DNA from: Mustelus asterias
Taxonomy: Eukaryota
Assembly (NCBI RefSeq): GCF_964213995.1
Contig: NW_027590275.1
Coordinates: 248,001 to 312,000 of the forward strand
Direction of reading: 5' to 3'
DNA: 64,000 bases
Positions 25,405 to 38,887 of this stretch are shown one piece after another. Below the pieces are notes generated by a model that saw only the letters and a program-made list of their open reading frames with translations, ran no database searches and had not been told where the DNA came from. A program made the position numbers and the translations under genes. Position 1 is the first letter of the stretch. Each line of letters begins with the position of its first letter.

Positions 25405-25643
25405 CCTTAAAGAGTGAAAGCAAATCACTGCGGATGCTGGAATCTGAAACCAAAAGAGAAAATGCTGAAAAATCTCAGCAAGTCTGGCAGCATCTGTAAG
25501 GAGAGAAAAGAGCTGACGTTTCGAGTCCAGACGATCCATTGTCAAAGCTTTGACAAAGAGTCATCTGGACTCGAAATGTCAGCTCTTTTCTTTCTTTACA
25601 GATGCTGTCAGACCTGCTGAGATTTTCCAGTATTTCATCTTTT
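25405..25643. mobile_element. Palindromic (fold-back) short element, PLE/hammerhead-related
   Basis: Arms of about 95 nt around tgtcaaag|ctttgaca (centre 25547/25548); absent from duplication unit 1. Confidence 0.8.
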
Positions 25644-25971
25644 GGCAGCTCTTATTTGTCTGAATAATGTAACCACCTCAGTAACGTTCACATTAACTTC
25701 ATCAGGCACCAGGATTGCGCAGCACACAGTGTGGGAGCTGAAATTTGTTCTTCTACTTTTACTTTGAGTCTTTGTGTCTGGCTGAAAATTCATTTATTCG
25801 GTCAGAGACTTGTTTTTCTCTTCCAATATTTTTCATCAAAAAATAATTATGTCCGAACAAAAAATGAAAAAGCTATCTGCATTTTATTTCATTCTTGTCA
25901 AATGTTTCGTTTGCCCTGTTTTTGTCCACTCAGTTTAAAGCACAAGGATAAGGTTCGAAATAAATGACCAA

Positions 25972-26043
25972 TGCGTTGGCCAGGAATCAAACCTGGATCA
26001 TCTGCTTGGAAGGCAGCTATGCTCACTCCTATACCACCATCAC
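25972..26043 (-). pseudogene. tRNA-Gly(TCC) pseudogene
   Basis: Paralogue of 21433-21504 with a damaged B box (GGTTTGATT) and acceptor stem. Confidence 0.85.
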
Positions 26044-27647
26044 TCACTCTGCTTAAACAACTGTTATTTTCATTAGTTATAATTAAGGAACTTCCTGAGT
26101 TGCTGATTTCATCAAACACCAGATGTGTCCACAGCACAGTTTGTAATTTGAACTTGGCTTGTCTCGTTTTTCTGGACAGTTTAGGCCAGCTTTCGTTTTA
26201 CAATTGTTTCTGACTGAGAACTCATTGATTAGTTTTGAGGCCTTTTCTTTCATTTGAACAACGTTTCAGCTGAAAGCAAATTGAATGTGGATTTTACTTA
26301 ACAAACACAGCGATGATGAGAATTTTTAGTGAATTTTATTTTAGGAGTGCCCACCTACTGTTCTGACCTGCGATAGATAATTAAGTGAATTACCACTGTG
26401 ATGGCCAGGAACTGACCCTTGGTCAAATGTTCGCACAGTCACCACCATCACTCACCTGGCTCTGCCACCCCCTCAGTAAGAAAGTCCAGCTCTGACACTG
26501 AATCTAGTTACCTTCGGGCCCAATTGGAGGATGGTCAGAAACTGTCTGCCACTGTCAGAAACTCCATTATCAGCGAGTGGGGGATGATTATTTAACTGGC
26601 TGTCACTGGTTGTTGAGGTTGTGATTTACTGTTACCTGTCAGTGCAAGAGAAACAAATAAAACAGGAAAATTGAGAGACTCCGAGAGCAGATAATTTGTC
26701 CTTCGCCCTAAAGAAACACAATCATGTCTCCAATCGCTATAATAACTGAAAAAACCCCAGATATAATTGGCTGTGGCCGCGAATCTGGTGAACAAATGTG
26801 GCCGTACACCACATGGACTGCAGCGGTTCCAGAAGGCAGCTCACCACCACCTTCCCAAGGGCAATTAGGGATGGGCAATAAATGCTGACCCAGACAGCGA
26901 CACTCACATTCCATGAATGAATTCAAAGACAATCTGCAGGGAGGGGGCTTCAGAGTGTTTAACAGTTACCGAGGTGAAAAACTCTAACGAACCCCCCGGA
27001 ATACAGAAGAAAGGCTAAAAGGAGGAGAAATTCCGTCCTGGGACCTTACATTTGGTGAAAGTTTTGTCCTGTGAATGTGCAGATGTGAATATTGTGTAAG
27101 AGAGAGTGTATGAAAGGGACGGGCGGTTCAGACTAATCCAACTGTGTTTGTGTGTCTGTTCTGATCATGACATCTCCGAGTCTCTCTTGTGTAAAATAAA
27201 ACAATTTTCCAATCAAAGATTCCCTTAATCCCCCTGCTGAGCCCCAAAGTTAGATTTCAAGGCAATTGTTTCGCTAAATTGAAGAATTCAGTGGCAAAGT
27301 AGAGAACATGTCAGCTATCGCGTGTGAGAGCGCGATCAGTGCAGCAGTAAAACGGGTTTCAGTGGAAAACGGAGTACTCAGTTCGAGTGAAACCTTTTCA
27401 ACAGCAAACATTCGTGTGTCAGAGACATGAAGGATGTGAGCTGGATCTCTGGAGAGGTGGAATTTCATTGCAGTGGGAGAGTTTGTGAGGAGAGAGAAAC
27501 ACAGAGAGGCTGGAGGAGCCGGGAGCTGACAGCAGCTTGTCTCTGCTCCGTCCGCTCTCTGCCTTCAAGTTGCTCTGTGCCGCCACCACTGGGTTCATTT
27601 CGGATCCAGTTCTGACTCTCACACAGATTTTCCACACACTCTCGGAT

Positions 27648-28313
27648 ATGACTGAAACTGCAGCCGCCGAAACGGCTCCTCCAGCCGCTCCCGCTCAAGT
27701 GAAGTCTCCCAGGAAGAAGAAGGCGGCTCCCCGACCTGCGGCAGCCGGTCCCAAGTTGGGCGAGCAGATCCTCAATGTTGTGGCGGGATGCCGCGATCGC
27801 AAGGGGATGTCCCTGGCCGCGATAAAGAAAGCTTTGGCTGGCAGCGGAGTGGATGTGGGGAAGCGCGTCTCCCAGATCAGGTTAACGATCAAGAGGAAGG
27901 TGGAGACAGGGTCTCTGGTGCAGACAAAGGGACAGGGCGCCTCCGGCTCCTTCAAACTCGCTAAGAACGAAAGCCTGGGGAAAATGGGAAAGAAGGTGAA
28001 GACACCAACAGCCAAAAAATCTTTAGTAAAGAAAACAGCGGCCAAGAAGGTGACAACAAAGAAAGCAGCAGCCAAGAAACCCGCAGCCAAGAAACCCGCA
28101 GCAAAGAGAACTCCAGTGAAGAAATCAACAGTGAAGAAAACAAGCAGCAAAAAGGCGGCAACTCCAAAAAAGGTGGTGAAGAAAGCAGCCCTGAAGAAAA
28201 AGTCTCCTGTGAAGAAGGTGACGGGCGGAAAGTCTGTCAAAAAAGTGACTAAATCGAAAGCCAAACCCAAAGTGAAAGCAGCAAAAGCGAAGAAAGCGTC
28301 AGGAAAGAAGTGA
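27648..28313 (+). CDS. H1: Linker histone H1, replication-dependent (221 aa from MTETAAAE)
   Basis: Globular domain RKGMSLAAIKKAL..LVQTKGQGASGSFKL; K/A/P-rich tail; downstream stem-loop. The true ATG is 27648, not the ORF-track start. Confidence 0.96.
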   Translation: MTETAAAETAPPAAPAQVKSPRKKKAAPRPAAAGPKLGEQILNVVAGCRDRKGMSLAAIKKALAGSGVDVGKRVSQIRLTIKRKVETGSLVQTKGQGASGSFKLAKNESLGKMGKKVKTPTAKKSLVKKTAAKKVTTKKAAAKKPAAKKPAAKRTPVKKSTVKKTSSKKAATPKKVVKKAALKKKSPVKKVTGGKSVKKVTKSKAKPKVKAAKAKKASGKK

Positions 28314-28349
28314 AACAACCCGAGCAAATTGTAAACCTCTGAACCCAAA

Positions 28350-28390
28350 GGCTCTTCTCAGAGCCACCCACATCTCTCAGGAAAGAGCTG
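28350..28390 (+). terminator. Histone 3' stem-loop and U7 downstream element (H1)
   Basis: ggctcttctcagagcc accca ... gaaagagctg. Confidence 0.95.
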
Positions 28391-28611
28391 ATCCCGCAAG
28401 GAAATGATTCCTGTCCCGCGGCCCGGCTCGTTCTCAATAGAGATCATTTCAAATTCAGACTAAAGCAAAACACAGCAGATGCTGAATTTCATTTGAATTT
28501 CACATTTGTTCAATCGCCACTTTCTCTCATAATAAAGGTGTCTGGTAGATTCAGTGTGAGACAGTAACACTGGCGGCTCAACACCGCATTCTTGCCTCGT
28601 TTTTAACCGAA

Positions 28612-28885
28612 TCCCTGCAATGCAGAAGGAGGCCAATCGTCCCATCGATTCTGCACCGACCTCAATCCCACCCAGTCCGGATCCCCATGACCCTATTTAT
28701 TGACCGGACTTACCCCCTGACACTCCGGTGCAATTTAGCATGGCCAATCAACCTGACAGGCACTTTGTTGTGCGGGAGGAAACCGGAGCACCCGGAGGAA
28801 GCCCGGGGAGAATGTGCAAACTCCACACAGACAGAGACCTCAGCCGGGAATCGAACCCAGGTGCCTGGCGCTGTGAGACGGCAAT
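28612..28885 (-). mobile_element. HE1/V-SINE, head truncated
   Basis: ggaggaaaccggagcacccggaggaa..gaatgtgcaaactccacacagacag. Confidence 0.85.
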
Positions 28886-28902
28886 TCTTCGCCAAACATC
28901 AA

Positions 28903-28972
28903 TGTCAGGAGTGGGATTTGAACCCACGCCTCCAGAGGAGACTGCGGCCTTAGACCGCTCGGCCATCCTGAC
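28903..28972 (-). pseudogene. tRNA-Leu (CAG type) gene with a 13-nt deletion removing the anticodon
   Basis: GTCAGGATGGCCGAGCGGTCTAAGGC^CGCAGTCTCCTCTGGAGGCGTGGGTTCAAATCCCACTCCTGACA; 70 nt instead of 83. Confidence 0.92.
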
Positions 28973-29499
28973 TCCCTTAATTTTAACACAGGAGATTGCC
29001 CCAAACAGCTTCAATAAAGTGTTTGCAAACAGCGAGAAGCAGATGTGTGTGAGGGTGTTCCGGAGGAAGATTCTTGCTAGAGAATCGACTGTGTTTCGGT
29101 CGGAATATTACTGTCTGGGAATTATTCCGGGACCAGGTTTAAAAACACAAAAGGACAAAGTCACGACCCGAAACGTTAACTCTGTCTCTCTCTCTCTTCA
29201 CAAAAGCTGCCGGAGCTGCTGATTATTTGCAGCATTTTCTGTTTTGATTCCATATTTCAAAGCTCCGGGTTTGTGGAAACTCTTGAGTGTGAAGGGCGGC
29301 TCTGGAAGGGTTTGTGTGGGGAGCTGTGTTTCGCTTCCATTGTTAATAAACGGGTTGAAATTGGCGGTTGCAGAAACTGGAGGTGGAGCTGAAAGATCAG
29401 GGGCCGTTCTGTGTGTGTGTGTCAGTCCGGCTCTCTCCTCCCTCCCGCTCTGTGTTTAATCTTCACCCTGTCTCCTCCCCTCTCTGCTCTCACTCCGCC

Positions 29500-29533
29500 T
29501 TTCTCAGTCAGGTCGGGGCGGGCTGTATAAAAG
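29500..29533 (+). promoter_or_regulatory. H4 promoter (site II-like motif, GC box, TATA)
   Basis: tttctcagtcaggtcggggcgggctgtataaaagg about 60-90 nt upstream of the ATG. Confidence 0.75.
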
Positions 29534-29579
29534 GAGCCTGAAAGATTTCCTCTCTCATATTGTGCAGTGATCTGAGTGA

Positions 29580-29900
<321 letters not shown>

Positions 29901-29934
29901 ACAACTGCAACCTTCCTACCGAACACACAACAAA

Positions 29935-29976
29935 GGCTCTTTTCAGAGCCACTCACCGCCTCACAGAGAGAGCAGT
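29935..29976 (+). terminator. Histone 3' stem-loop and downstream element (H4)
   Basis: ggctcttttcagagcc actca ... gagagagcag. Confidence 0.95.
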
Positions 29977-31117
29977 GACCTGGGAACGGGGGCTGGGATA
30001 GGCTGTTCAGTGGTGGAGATGAATATTTGCTTTGTTCAGTTTTAATTTAACATTTCATTTGCAGTAGGGATTGAAATTGTTTTTATTTTTAATTGGATGA
30101 TCTAAATAGCTCTATCGTTTCTGCAGTTGTTGATTTTCCCAAGTTGACATGTGCCCTCAGTGAAAAGCCACGTCACTCCTGTTTAATCACTGTGTTTGGA
30201 TAGAGTTTATAAAAACTTTCTCTGGAATAGCGGAGTTTAGTAGTAGCCGGTGAATCGTTCACTGGAACCAGTCCCAGTTGTGATGCTATTTGCCCCCAGA
30301 CGGTTGTTTCCTGCACTGAAACTGACAGGCTTTGTGAAACTGATCAGTTTCCGCTCAGTCATTCACAAACCCGCAATTCCCGCAGTTTGAGCCGCTCCAA
30401 CCCCAGCCTGCTTCTGATTGGCCATCCTCTCCGCATTCGCAGCTCTGAACCAATCGCAGAGCATCGAATGTGAACATTGAGCCAATCATTGGCTTCAACT
30501 GTCAACCGGCAGAAATTTTGAATTGGGGGAAATGCCGCCAATTTCAGCGCGGGAAAGGGAATTGAGACAAATTCTTAACTTATTAAAAATAGATTCTCAA
30601 TTAATATTCTGCTGTAAGATTATTTTACAAAGAGGATTCATTTGTGAACATTTGTCCGCCACGGGCAGCAAACGGCTCTATTCAGTAATGTCAAACGGGA
30701 CAAATATGAAGTCACTCTCTGTAACAAACAACAGACTCAACCCCTTTCACACCGGCTTCAGGGAGACACAGAGAAGCGACTGATTTCTGATCCTTTCCCA
30801 CGAAAACGGCGGCGAATGTTACAAGCGACAGGAGAGGGGAAATCTGAATGGGCTGGAGAGGAAAGGGACAGGGATCGAGTGGAACAGCGTGAGATTCTGG
30901 GAATGAACAGCCCAGAGAGCGGGAAAAGGGTCTAAAGCACTAAGTCGGGGGAGATAGACTTCAAATCTTCAATGTTTCTGGGAATTATCTTATTAAGGAC
31001 GGAATGATGACTTATTTTATACAAACGGTTATTTCCTGCACAGAAAACGGCGGAATTTCTGAAAGGGGCGGTTTAGAAAACAACTGAACCAATCAGAACC
31101 TGAGGTACAGACATTAA

Positions 31118-31669
<552 letters not shown>

Positions 31670-31698
31670 AACCCGACCTCAGCACCAAGAACAACAAC

Positions 31699-31739
31699 GG
31701 CTCTTTTAAGAGCCACCAAATCGGCAAATGAAAGAGCTG
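31699..31739 (+). terminator. Histone 3' stem-loop and downstream element (H3)
   Basis: ggctcttttaagagcc acca ... gaaagagctg. Confidence 0.95.
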
Positions 31740-32401
31740 CGATCTCCTGTTAACGATTCTAGTGTTTGAATTCCCAGGACAGAATATTCCCAGGACTCCA
31801 GTACTGAAACCTCTCAATGTTACAATTAACCCTCCGTTGCATTGGGGTCACTCATATCTCCAATCCTTTGATGGTTAGAGTAAAAACGGTGCCGTTAACA
31901 ATTCTACAACAATTTAATTTTAAAGTAGTTTTATTAAACCTGCGATCATTTCAGTTTCCGAGCAATAATTCCGCAAATCCAGTTTCTCCGCACGTGTTTC
32001 GAGTTGCAGCGAGAGTGTTGAAAATTGTGTCAATTAAGTTCAGAATATGAAGCATGCCTCCAACAGTAATCCACTCACACAGATATAGCCATTGCAGGAA
32101 CGCTTGCACATTCGCATAGACAATTAACACTTTTCCAGATCCAGTGACTGACTTTGAAAACCGATGGGCTGCAGATGAATATCCTCGCAGATTATCACAT
32201 TTTAAAGCAATTATATTTGAAATAGGATCATTTCAGTTCACTGGGATGGTTTCCCCGATAAACAGCAGCAACTTGCATTAAAATACTGTCTGTGTCAATC
32301 GTACGGATTGATAGAACAAAGCGGGAAACAGCTGTGCTGTGAATAGCAGTGCAGAAACTGACCGATAGACACCAGGTCGCCCTTTTTCAGATAAAGTGAG
32401 T

Positions 32402-32417
32402 GGCTCTGAAAAGAGCC
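32402..32417 (-). terminator. Histone 3' stem-loop (H2A)
   Basis: Reverse complement GGCTCTTTTCAGAGCC ACTCA. Confidence 0.93.
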
Positions 32418-32447
32418 TTTGGGTTATCAGATTAAAGAATGGTCGCT

Positions 32448-33167
<720 letters not shown>

Positions 33168-33169
33168 TG

Positions 33170-33300
33170 AAAAGATGTGCGGGTTAGGTGGATTGGCCGT
33201 GCTCAATTGCCCCTTAGTGTCCCGGGATGCATAGTTTAGATGGATTTGCGGGATAACTATGTGGGGTTACGGGGATAGTTACGGGGTTACGGTGGATAGT
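33170..33300 (+). mobile_element. HE1/V-SINE 3' half
   Basis: aaagatgtgcgggttaggtggattggcc..aattgcccc. Confidence 0.8.
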
Positions 33301-33329
33301 CAGAGATTCTGTAGATAGTTGAACAAGGA

Positions 33330-34800
33330 AAGAGTTAGCAGAGTGAGCACTGGTTCTATAGAAAGTGCAACTGGGGGATTGATAATGGAAAACAGGGTAT
33401 TGGCAAATGTATTTTTCATTGGTGTTCACTGTAGAGGATACAAGTAACATCCCAGAAATAGCTGGAAACCAGCAAATGGAAGGGAGGGAGGAACACAGGA
33501 AAATTCCAATCCACAGGGAAAGTGGTATTGAGCAAATTGTCGGGTCGACAGGCTGACAAATTCCTGGGTCCGGATGGACTTCTCGTGAAGGACATGAAAG
33601 AAGTGGTGAATGAGATAGTTGATGCATTTGTTTTAATTTTGCAAAATTCCCTGGCTTTGGAGAATGTTCCATTAGGTTGAAATATAACAAATGTAATACC
33701 TTGATTCAAAAAGGGATGGAGACAGAAAGCAGGAAACTGCAGGCTGTTAGCCGAACAGCTGTCATCGGGAAAATGTTAGAAGCTGTTCTGAAAGATATTA
33801 CAGATATTACAACTTGGAAAAAATACAAGGCAATCAGGCAGAGTCAATATGGTTTTCTGAAAGGGAAATCATGTTTAACTAAATTATTGGAGTTTTTTGA
33901 AATAGGCCCATGTGCTGTGAATGGGGAACCGGTGGATGTCCTGTTCTTACATTTCCAGAAGACATTTGCCAAAGTGCCAGATTAAAGGTTATTGTGTAAA
34001 ATAAACATTCATGGTTTTGGGCGTATCATTTTGGCATGGATTGATGGTTGGCTAGCTAACAGGTCAAAAAGAGTTAGCACAAATGGTTCCTTTTCTGGGT
34101 GGCAGGATCTGATGAGTGGTGTATTCATGCTGGGGCTACAAATTGTTACAATTTATAAAAATTGCTTGGATGAAGGGACTGAAGGTGCCATTGCTAAATT
34201 TGCTGACAGCATAAAGATAGATAAGAAATTAATTGTGAAGTATACGTAAGGAGGCTTCAAAAGGAAACAGATAGATTAAGTGAGGGCAAAATGTGGCAAA
34301 TGAGGCAAATTGCGAGGATAAAACAGTGGTTGACAAATGGGAGACTTTCAAAGTTGAGTTGAATGGGATGCCAGCCAGGTACATAGCCACCAGACACACA
34401 TATGCGGTGTCCAAAGCTGGGGTATCCTGGATGTCTGAGGTTATTGACGAGAAAATAAGGAAGAAAAAAGAGGCATATGATGCATGCTGCAATAATAATA
34501 GCAATAGAAATCAGGAAAAACAGCTCAAAATGCAGGAGAGGGGCTAAGGCTGGAATAATGAAGAGGAAGCATGAGGGAATGTTAGCAGGCTGCGCTAATA
34601 CAAATCATAACATCTTCTTCAAACATATTAAATGTAAAGGATTAGTGAAGGATAGAGTGGGGTTCATAAGGGCCAAGCAGGGTAAACTGCTCACTGCAGC
34701 AGAGGGTATGGCAGAGATAGTAAATAAGTACTGTACTTCTGGCTTTACCAAATTAGACAATGTGACAATGGCCCAGTTGAAAATGTATGTGTTGATTAAC
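33330..34800 (+). mobile_element. Old CR1 ORF2 fragments, rearranged
   Basis: SQYGFLKGKSCLTKLLEFFE, AKFADSIK, FFKHIKCK motifs with stops and frameshifts. Confidence 0.8.
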
Positions 34801-34814
34801 TGAGCTTCATAGTG

Positions 34815-37161
34815 AGAGTGTAGAATTAACTCTCTCTCAATCGATCATTGTGTGTGGGTGCGGAATTAACCCTGTCTCAATCTATTCGTGTGTGTCAGTG
34901 TTGAATTAACTCTCAATCTATTACTGTGAGAGTGTGTGGAATTAATTCTCAATCGATCATTGTGTGAGAGTGTGGAAGTAACTCTCAATCTTTTATTGTG
35001 TGAGAGTGCGGAATTAACGGTCCCTCAATCTATTACTTGTATGAATGTGGAATTAACTGTCTCTCAATCTATTACTCAATGTCACTGTGGAATTAACTCT
35101 CAATCTATTACATTGTGTGAATGTGGAATTGACTCTCTCTCAATCAATTACCGTGTGTCAGTGTGCAATTATATCTCAATCTATTACTGTGTCCGAGCGG
35201 GGAATTAACTCTCCCTCAATCTTTTACTGTGTGCCAGTATTGAATTAACTCTCTCTGAATCTATTACTGTGTTTGAATGTGAAATTAACTCCCTCTCAAT
35301 CTATCATTGCGTGTGAGTGTAGAATTAACCTTCTCTCAATTACTGTGCGCGAGTGTGGAATTATCTCTCTTTCAATCAAATACTCTGTGTGTGTGGAATT
35401 AACTCAATCTATTACTGTCTGACTGTGGAATTAACTCTCACTCAATCTATTACCGTGTGAGAGTGCGGAAATAACTCTCTCTCTCAATCTGTTAAAGTGT
35501 CAGCGTGGAATTAACTCTCTCTGTCTATCTATTACTGTGTCCATGTGCAATTAACTCTCAATCTATTTTTGTGTTCGTGTGTGGAATTAACTCCCTCTCA
35601 ATCTATTACTGTGTGAAAGTGTGGAATTAACTCTCTCTCAATCTATTACTGTGTGTGAGCGTTGAATTAACTCACTCTCAATTTATTCCTGTGTCAGTGT
35701 GGAATTAACTCTCTCACAATCTATTACTGTGTGTACGTGTGGAATTAACTCTCTCTCAATCTGTTGCTGTGTGAGAGCATGGAATTAACTCTCAATCTAT
35801 TCCTGTGTGTGAATGTGGAATTGACTCTCAATATATTAGTGAGAGAGTGTGGAATTAGCTCTCTCTCAATCTATTACTGTGTGTCAGTGTGGAATTAACT
35901 CTCAATGTATTGCTGTGTGTCAGTGTGGAATTAACCCTCTCTCAATCTATTACTGTGTGTCAGTGTCCAATTAACTGTCTCAATCTATTATGGTGTGACA
36001 CAGTAATGGATTGAGAGAGAGTTCATTGCACTGTCACACCGTAATAGATTGAGACAGTTAATTGGACACTGACACACAGTAATAGATCGACAGAGGGTTA
36101 ATTCCACACTGATACACAGCAATACATTGAGAGTTAATTCCTCACTAACACACAGTAATGGATTGAGAGAGAGTTCATTGCACTGTGTTAGTGAGGAGTT
36201 AACTCTCTCTCAATCCATTAGTGAGTCAGTGTGTCGTTAAAACTCTCTCAATCAATTACTATGTGTGAGCGTGGAATTAACTCCCAATCTATTACTGTGT
36301 GTGAATGTGGAATTGACTCTCTCTCAATATATTACAGTGTGAGAGTGTGGAATTATCTCTCTCAATCTATTACTGTGTGGGAATGTGCAATTATCTCTCT
36401 CTCAATCTATTTGTGTGTGTCCATGTGGAATTAACTCTCTCTCAATCTATTGCTGTGTGTCAGTGTGGAATTAACTGTCTCAATCTATTACGGTGTGACA
36501 GTGCAACTAACTCTCTCGCAATCTATTAATGTGTGTCAGTATGGAATTAACATCATATTCTATGATTCTATTCTATGATTCTAACGCATTCTCAACCTAT
36601 TAATCTGTGTGAGAGTGTGGAAATAACTCTCTCTGATCTATTACTGTGCGTTACTGTGGAATTAACTCTCCCTCGATCTATTACAGTGTGTCAATGTGGA
36701 ATTAACTCTCTCTCAATCTATTATTGTGTGTGAGCGTGGAATTAACTCTGTCTCAATCTATTATTGTGTGTCAGTGTGGAATTAACTCTGCATCTATTCC
36801 TGTGTGCGAATGTGGAATTAACTCTCTCCCAATCCATTACAGTGTCAGTGTGGAATTAACTCTGTCTCAATCTATGACTGTGTGAGAGTGTGGAATTGAC
36901 TAGCTCTCATTCTAGTATCGTGTGTGGGATTAACTCTCTCTCAATTTATTACTGTGTGTGAGCGTGGAATTAACTCGCAATCTATTGCTGTGTGTCAGTG
37001 TGGAATTAATTCTCTCTCAATCTATTACTGAGAGAGAGCTTGGAATTAACGCCCAATCTATTACTGTGCATGAATGTGGAATTAACTCTCTCTCAATCTA
37101 TTGCTGTGTCAGTGTGGAATTAACTCCCTCCCAATCTATTGCTGTGTGTCTGTGTGGAATT
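34815..37161 (+). repeat. Minisatellite I, left part; ~36-40-nt unit gtgtggaattaactctctctcaatctattactgtgt
   Basis: Dozens of tandem degenerate units; inverted block at about 36000-36185. Confidence 0.95.
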
Positions 37162-38886
37162 AAGAACAAAGAACAAAGAAAATTACAGCACAGGAACATG
37201 CCCTTCGGCCCTGCACCAACCTTGCTGCCCAACTGAACTAAAACCCCGACCCTTCCAGGGACCATATTCTGCTATTCCCATCCTATTCATGTATTTGTCC
37301 AGACGCCCCTTAAAACTCACTATTGTATCTGCTTCAACCACCTTCCCCGGCAGTGAGTTCCAGGCACCCACCACCCTCTGTGTAAAAAACTTGCCTCATA
37401 CATCTCCTTTAAACCTTGCCCCTCGCACCTTAAACCGATGCCCCCCAGTAATTGACTCTTCCACCATTGGAAAAAGCTTCTGACTATCCACTCTGTCCAT
37501 GCCCCTCATAATCTTGTAGCCTTCCATCAGGTCACCGCTCAACCTCTGTCGTTCCAGAGAGAACAAACCAATTTTCTCCAACCTCTCCTCACAGCTAATA
37601 TCCTCCATACCAGCCAACATCCTGGTAAGTCTTTGCTGTACCCTCACCAAAGTCTCCACATCCTTCTGGTAGTGTGGCGACCAGAATTGAACACTATATT
37701 CCAAATGCAGCCTAACTAAGATTCTATAAAGCTGCAACATGACTTGCCAATTTTTAAACTCAATCCCCCGCCGACGAAGGCAAGCATGCCGTATGCCTTC
37801 TTGACTACCTTCTCCACCTGCATTGCCACTTTCAGTGACCTGTGTACCTGTTCACCCAGATCCCTTTGCCTATCAATACTCCTAAGGGTTCTGCCATTGA
37901 CTGTATATTTCCTATCTGTATTAGACCATCCAAAATGCATTAATTCACATTTGTCCAGATTAAACTCCATCTGCCATCTCTCCGTCCAAGCCCCCAACCT
38001 ACCTATATCCTGCTGTATCCTCTGATGGTGCTCATCGCTATCTGCAAATCCACCAACCTTTGTGTTGTTCGCAAACTAACAAATCAAACCAGTTGCATTT
38101 TCCTCCAAATCAGTTATATATATTACGAACAGCAAAGGTCCCAGCACTGATCCCTGAGGAACGCCAAATGTCACAGTCCTCCATTCAGAATCGCACCCTT
38201 CCACTGCTACCCTCTGTCTTCTAAGACCAAGCCAGTTCTGTATCCATGTAGCCAGCTCACCTCTGATCCCATGCGACTTCACCTTCTGCACCATTCTGCC
38301 ATGAGGGACCTTGTCAAAGGCCTTACTGAAGTCCTTGTAGACAACATCCACTGCCCTACCCTCATCAACCATCTTCGTCACTTCCTCAAAAAACTCGATC
38401 AAGTTAGTGAGACATGACCAGCCCTTCACAAAACCATACTGCCTCTCGCAAATACATCCACTAATTTCCAAGTGGCAGTAAATCCTGCAGCCAGTGAGGA
38501 TACAAACATTTCTCTCAAGGCCCCAGCAATTTCCTCCCTTGCCTCTCCCAGTATTTTGGGGTATATCCCATCAGGCCCTGGGGAATTGTCGACCTTAATA
38601 TTCCTCAAGAACCCCAACACTTGATCTCAACATGACTCAAACTATCAACACACCCTTTCCCAGATTCATTACCCACCAAGTCCTTGTCTATGGTGAATAC
38701 TGACACAATGAACTCATTGAATACCTCACCCATTTCCTCTGGCTCCACGCATAGATTTCCTCCTTTGTCCTTGATTGGGCCAACCCTCTCCCTGGCTATC
38801 CTCTTGCTCTTTATATATGTATAAAAAGCCTTGGTATTTTCCTTAATCCTGCCGGGCAATGATTTTTTGTGACCCCTTTTAGCCCT
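37162..38886 (-). mobile_element. CR1 LINE inserted into minisatellite I
   Basis: [22 protein letters not shown]; tail (ttctttg)n; frameshifted, with internal deletion. Confidence 0.93.
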
Positions 38887-38887
38887 A

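Larger units (their letters stand above)
24702..26474 (+). repeat. Segmental duplication unit 2 (tRNA-Ser/tRNA-Gly module)
   Basis: Colinear with 20173-21926. Confidence 0.9.

Noticed and set aside
27537-27647. N-terminal extensions of H1 (also H3 from 31133, H2B from 50086, H2A from 32865)
   Set aside because: The ORF track starts upstream of the canonical ATG, within promoter, UTR or element sequence.
27695-28348. 217-aa hydrophobic antisense ORF (also antisense ORFs over H4, H3, H2B and CR1)
   Set aside because: Shadow frames of Lys/Ala-rich or GC-rich coding sequence.
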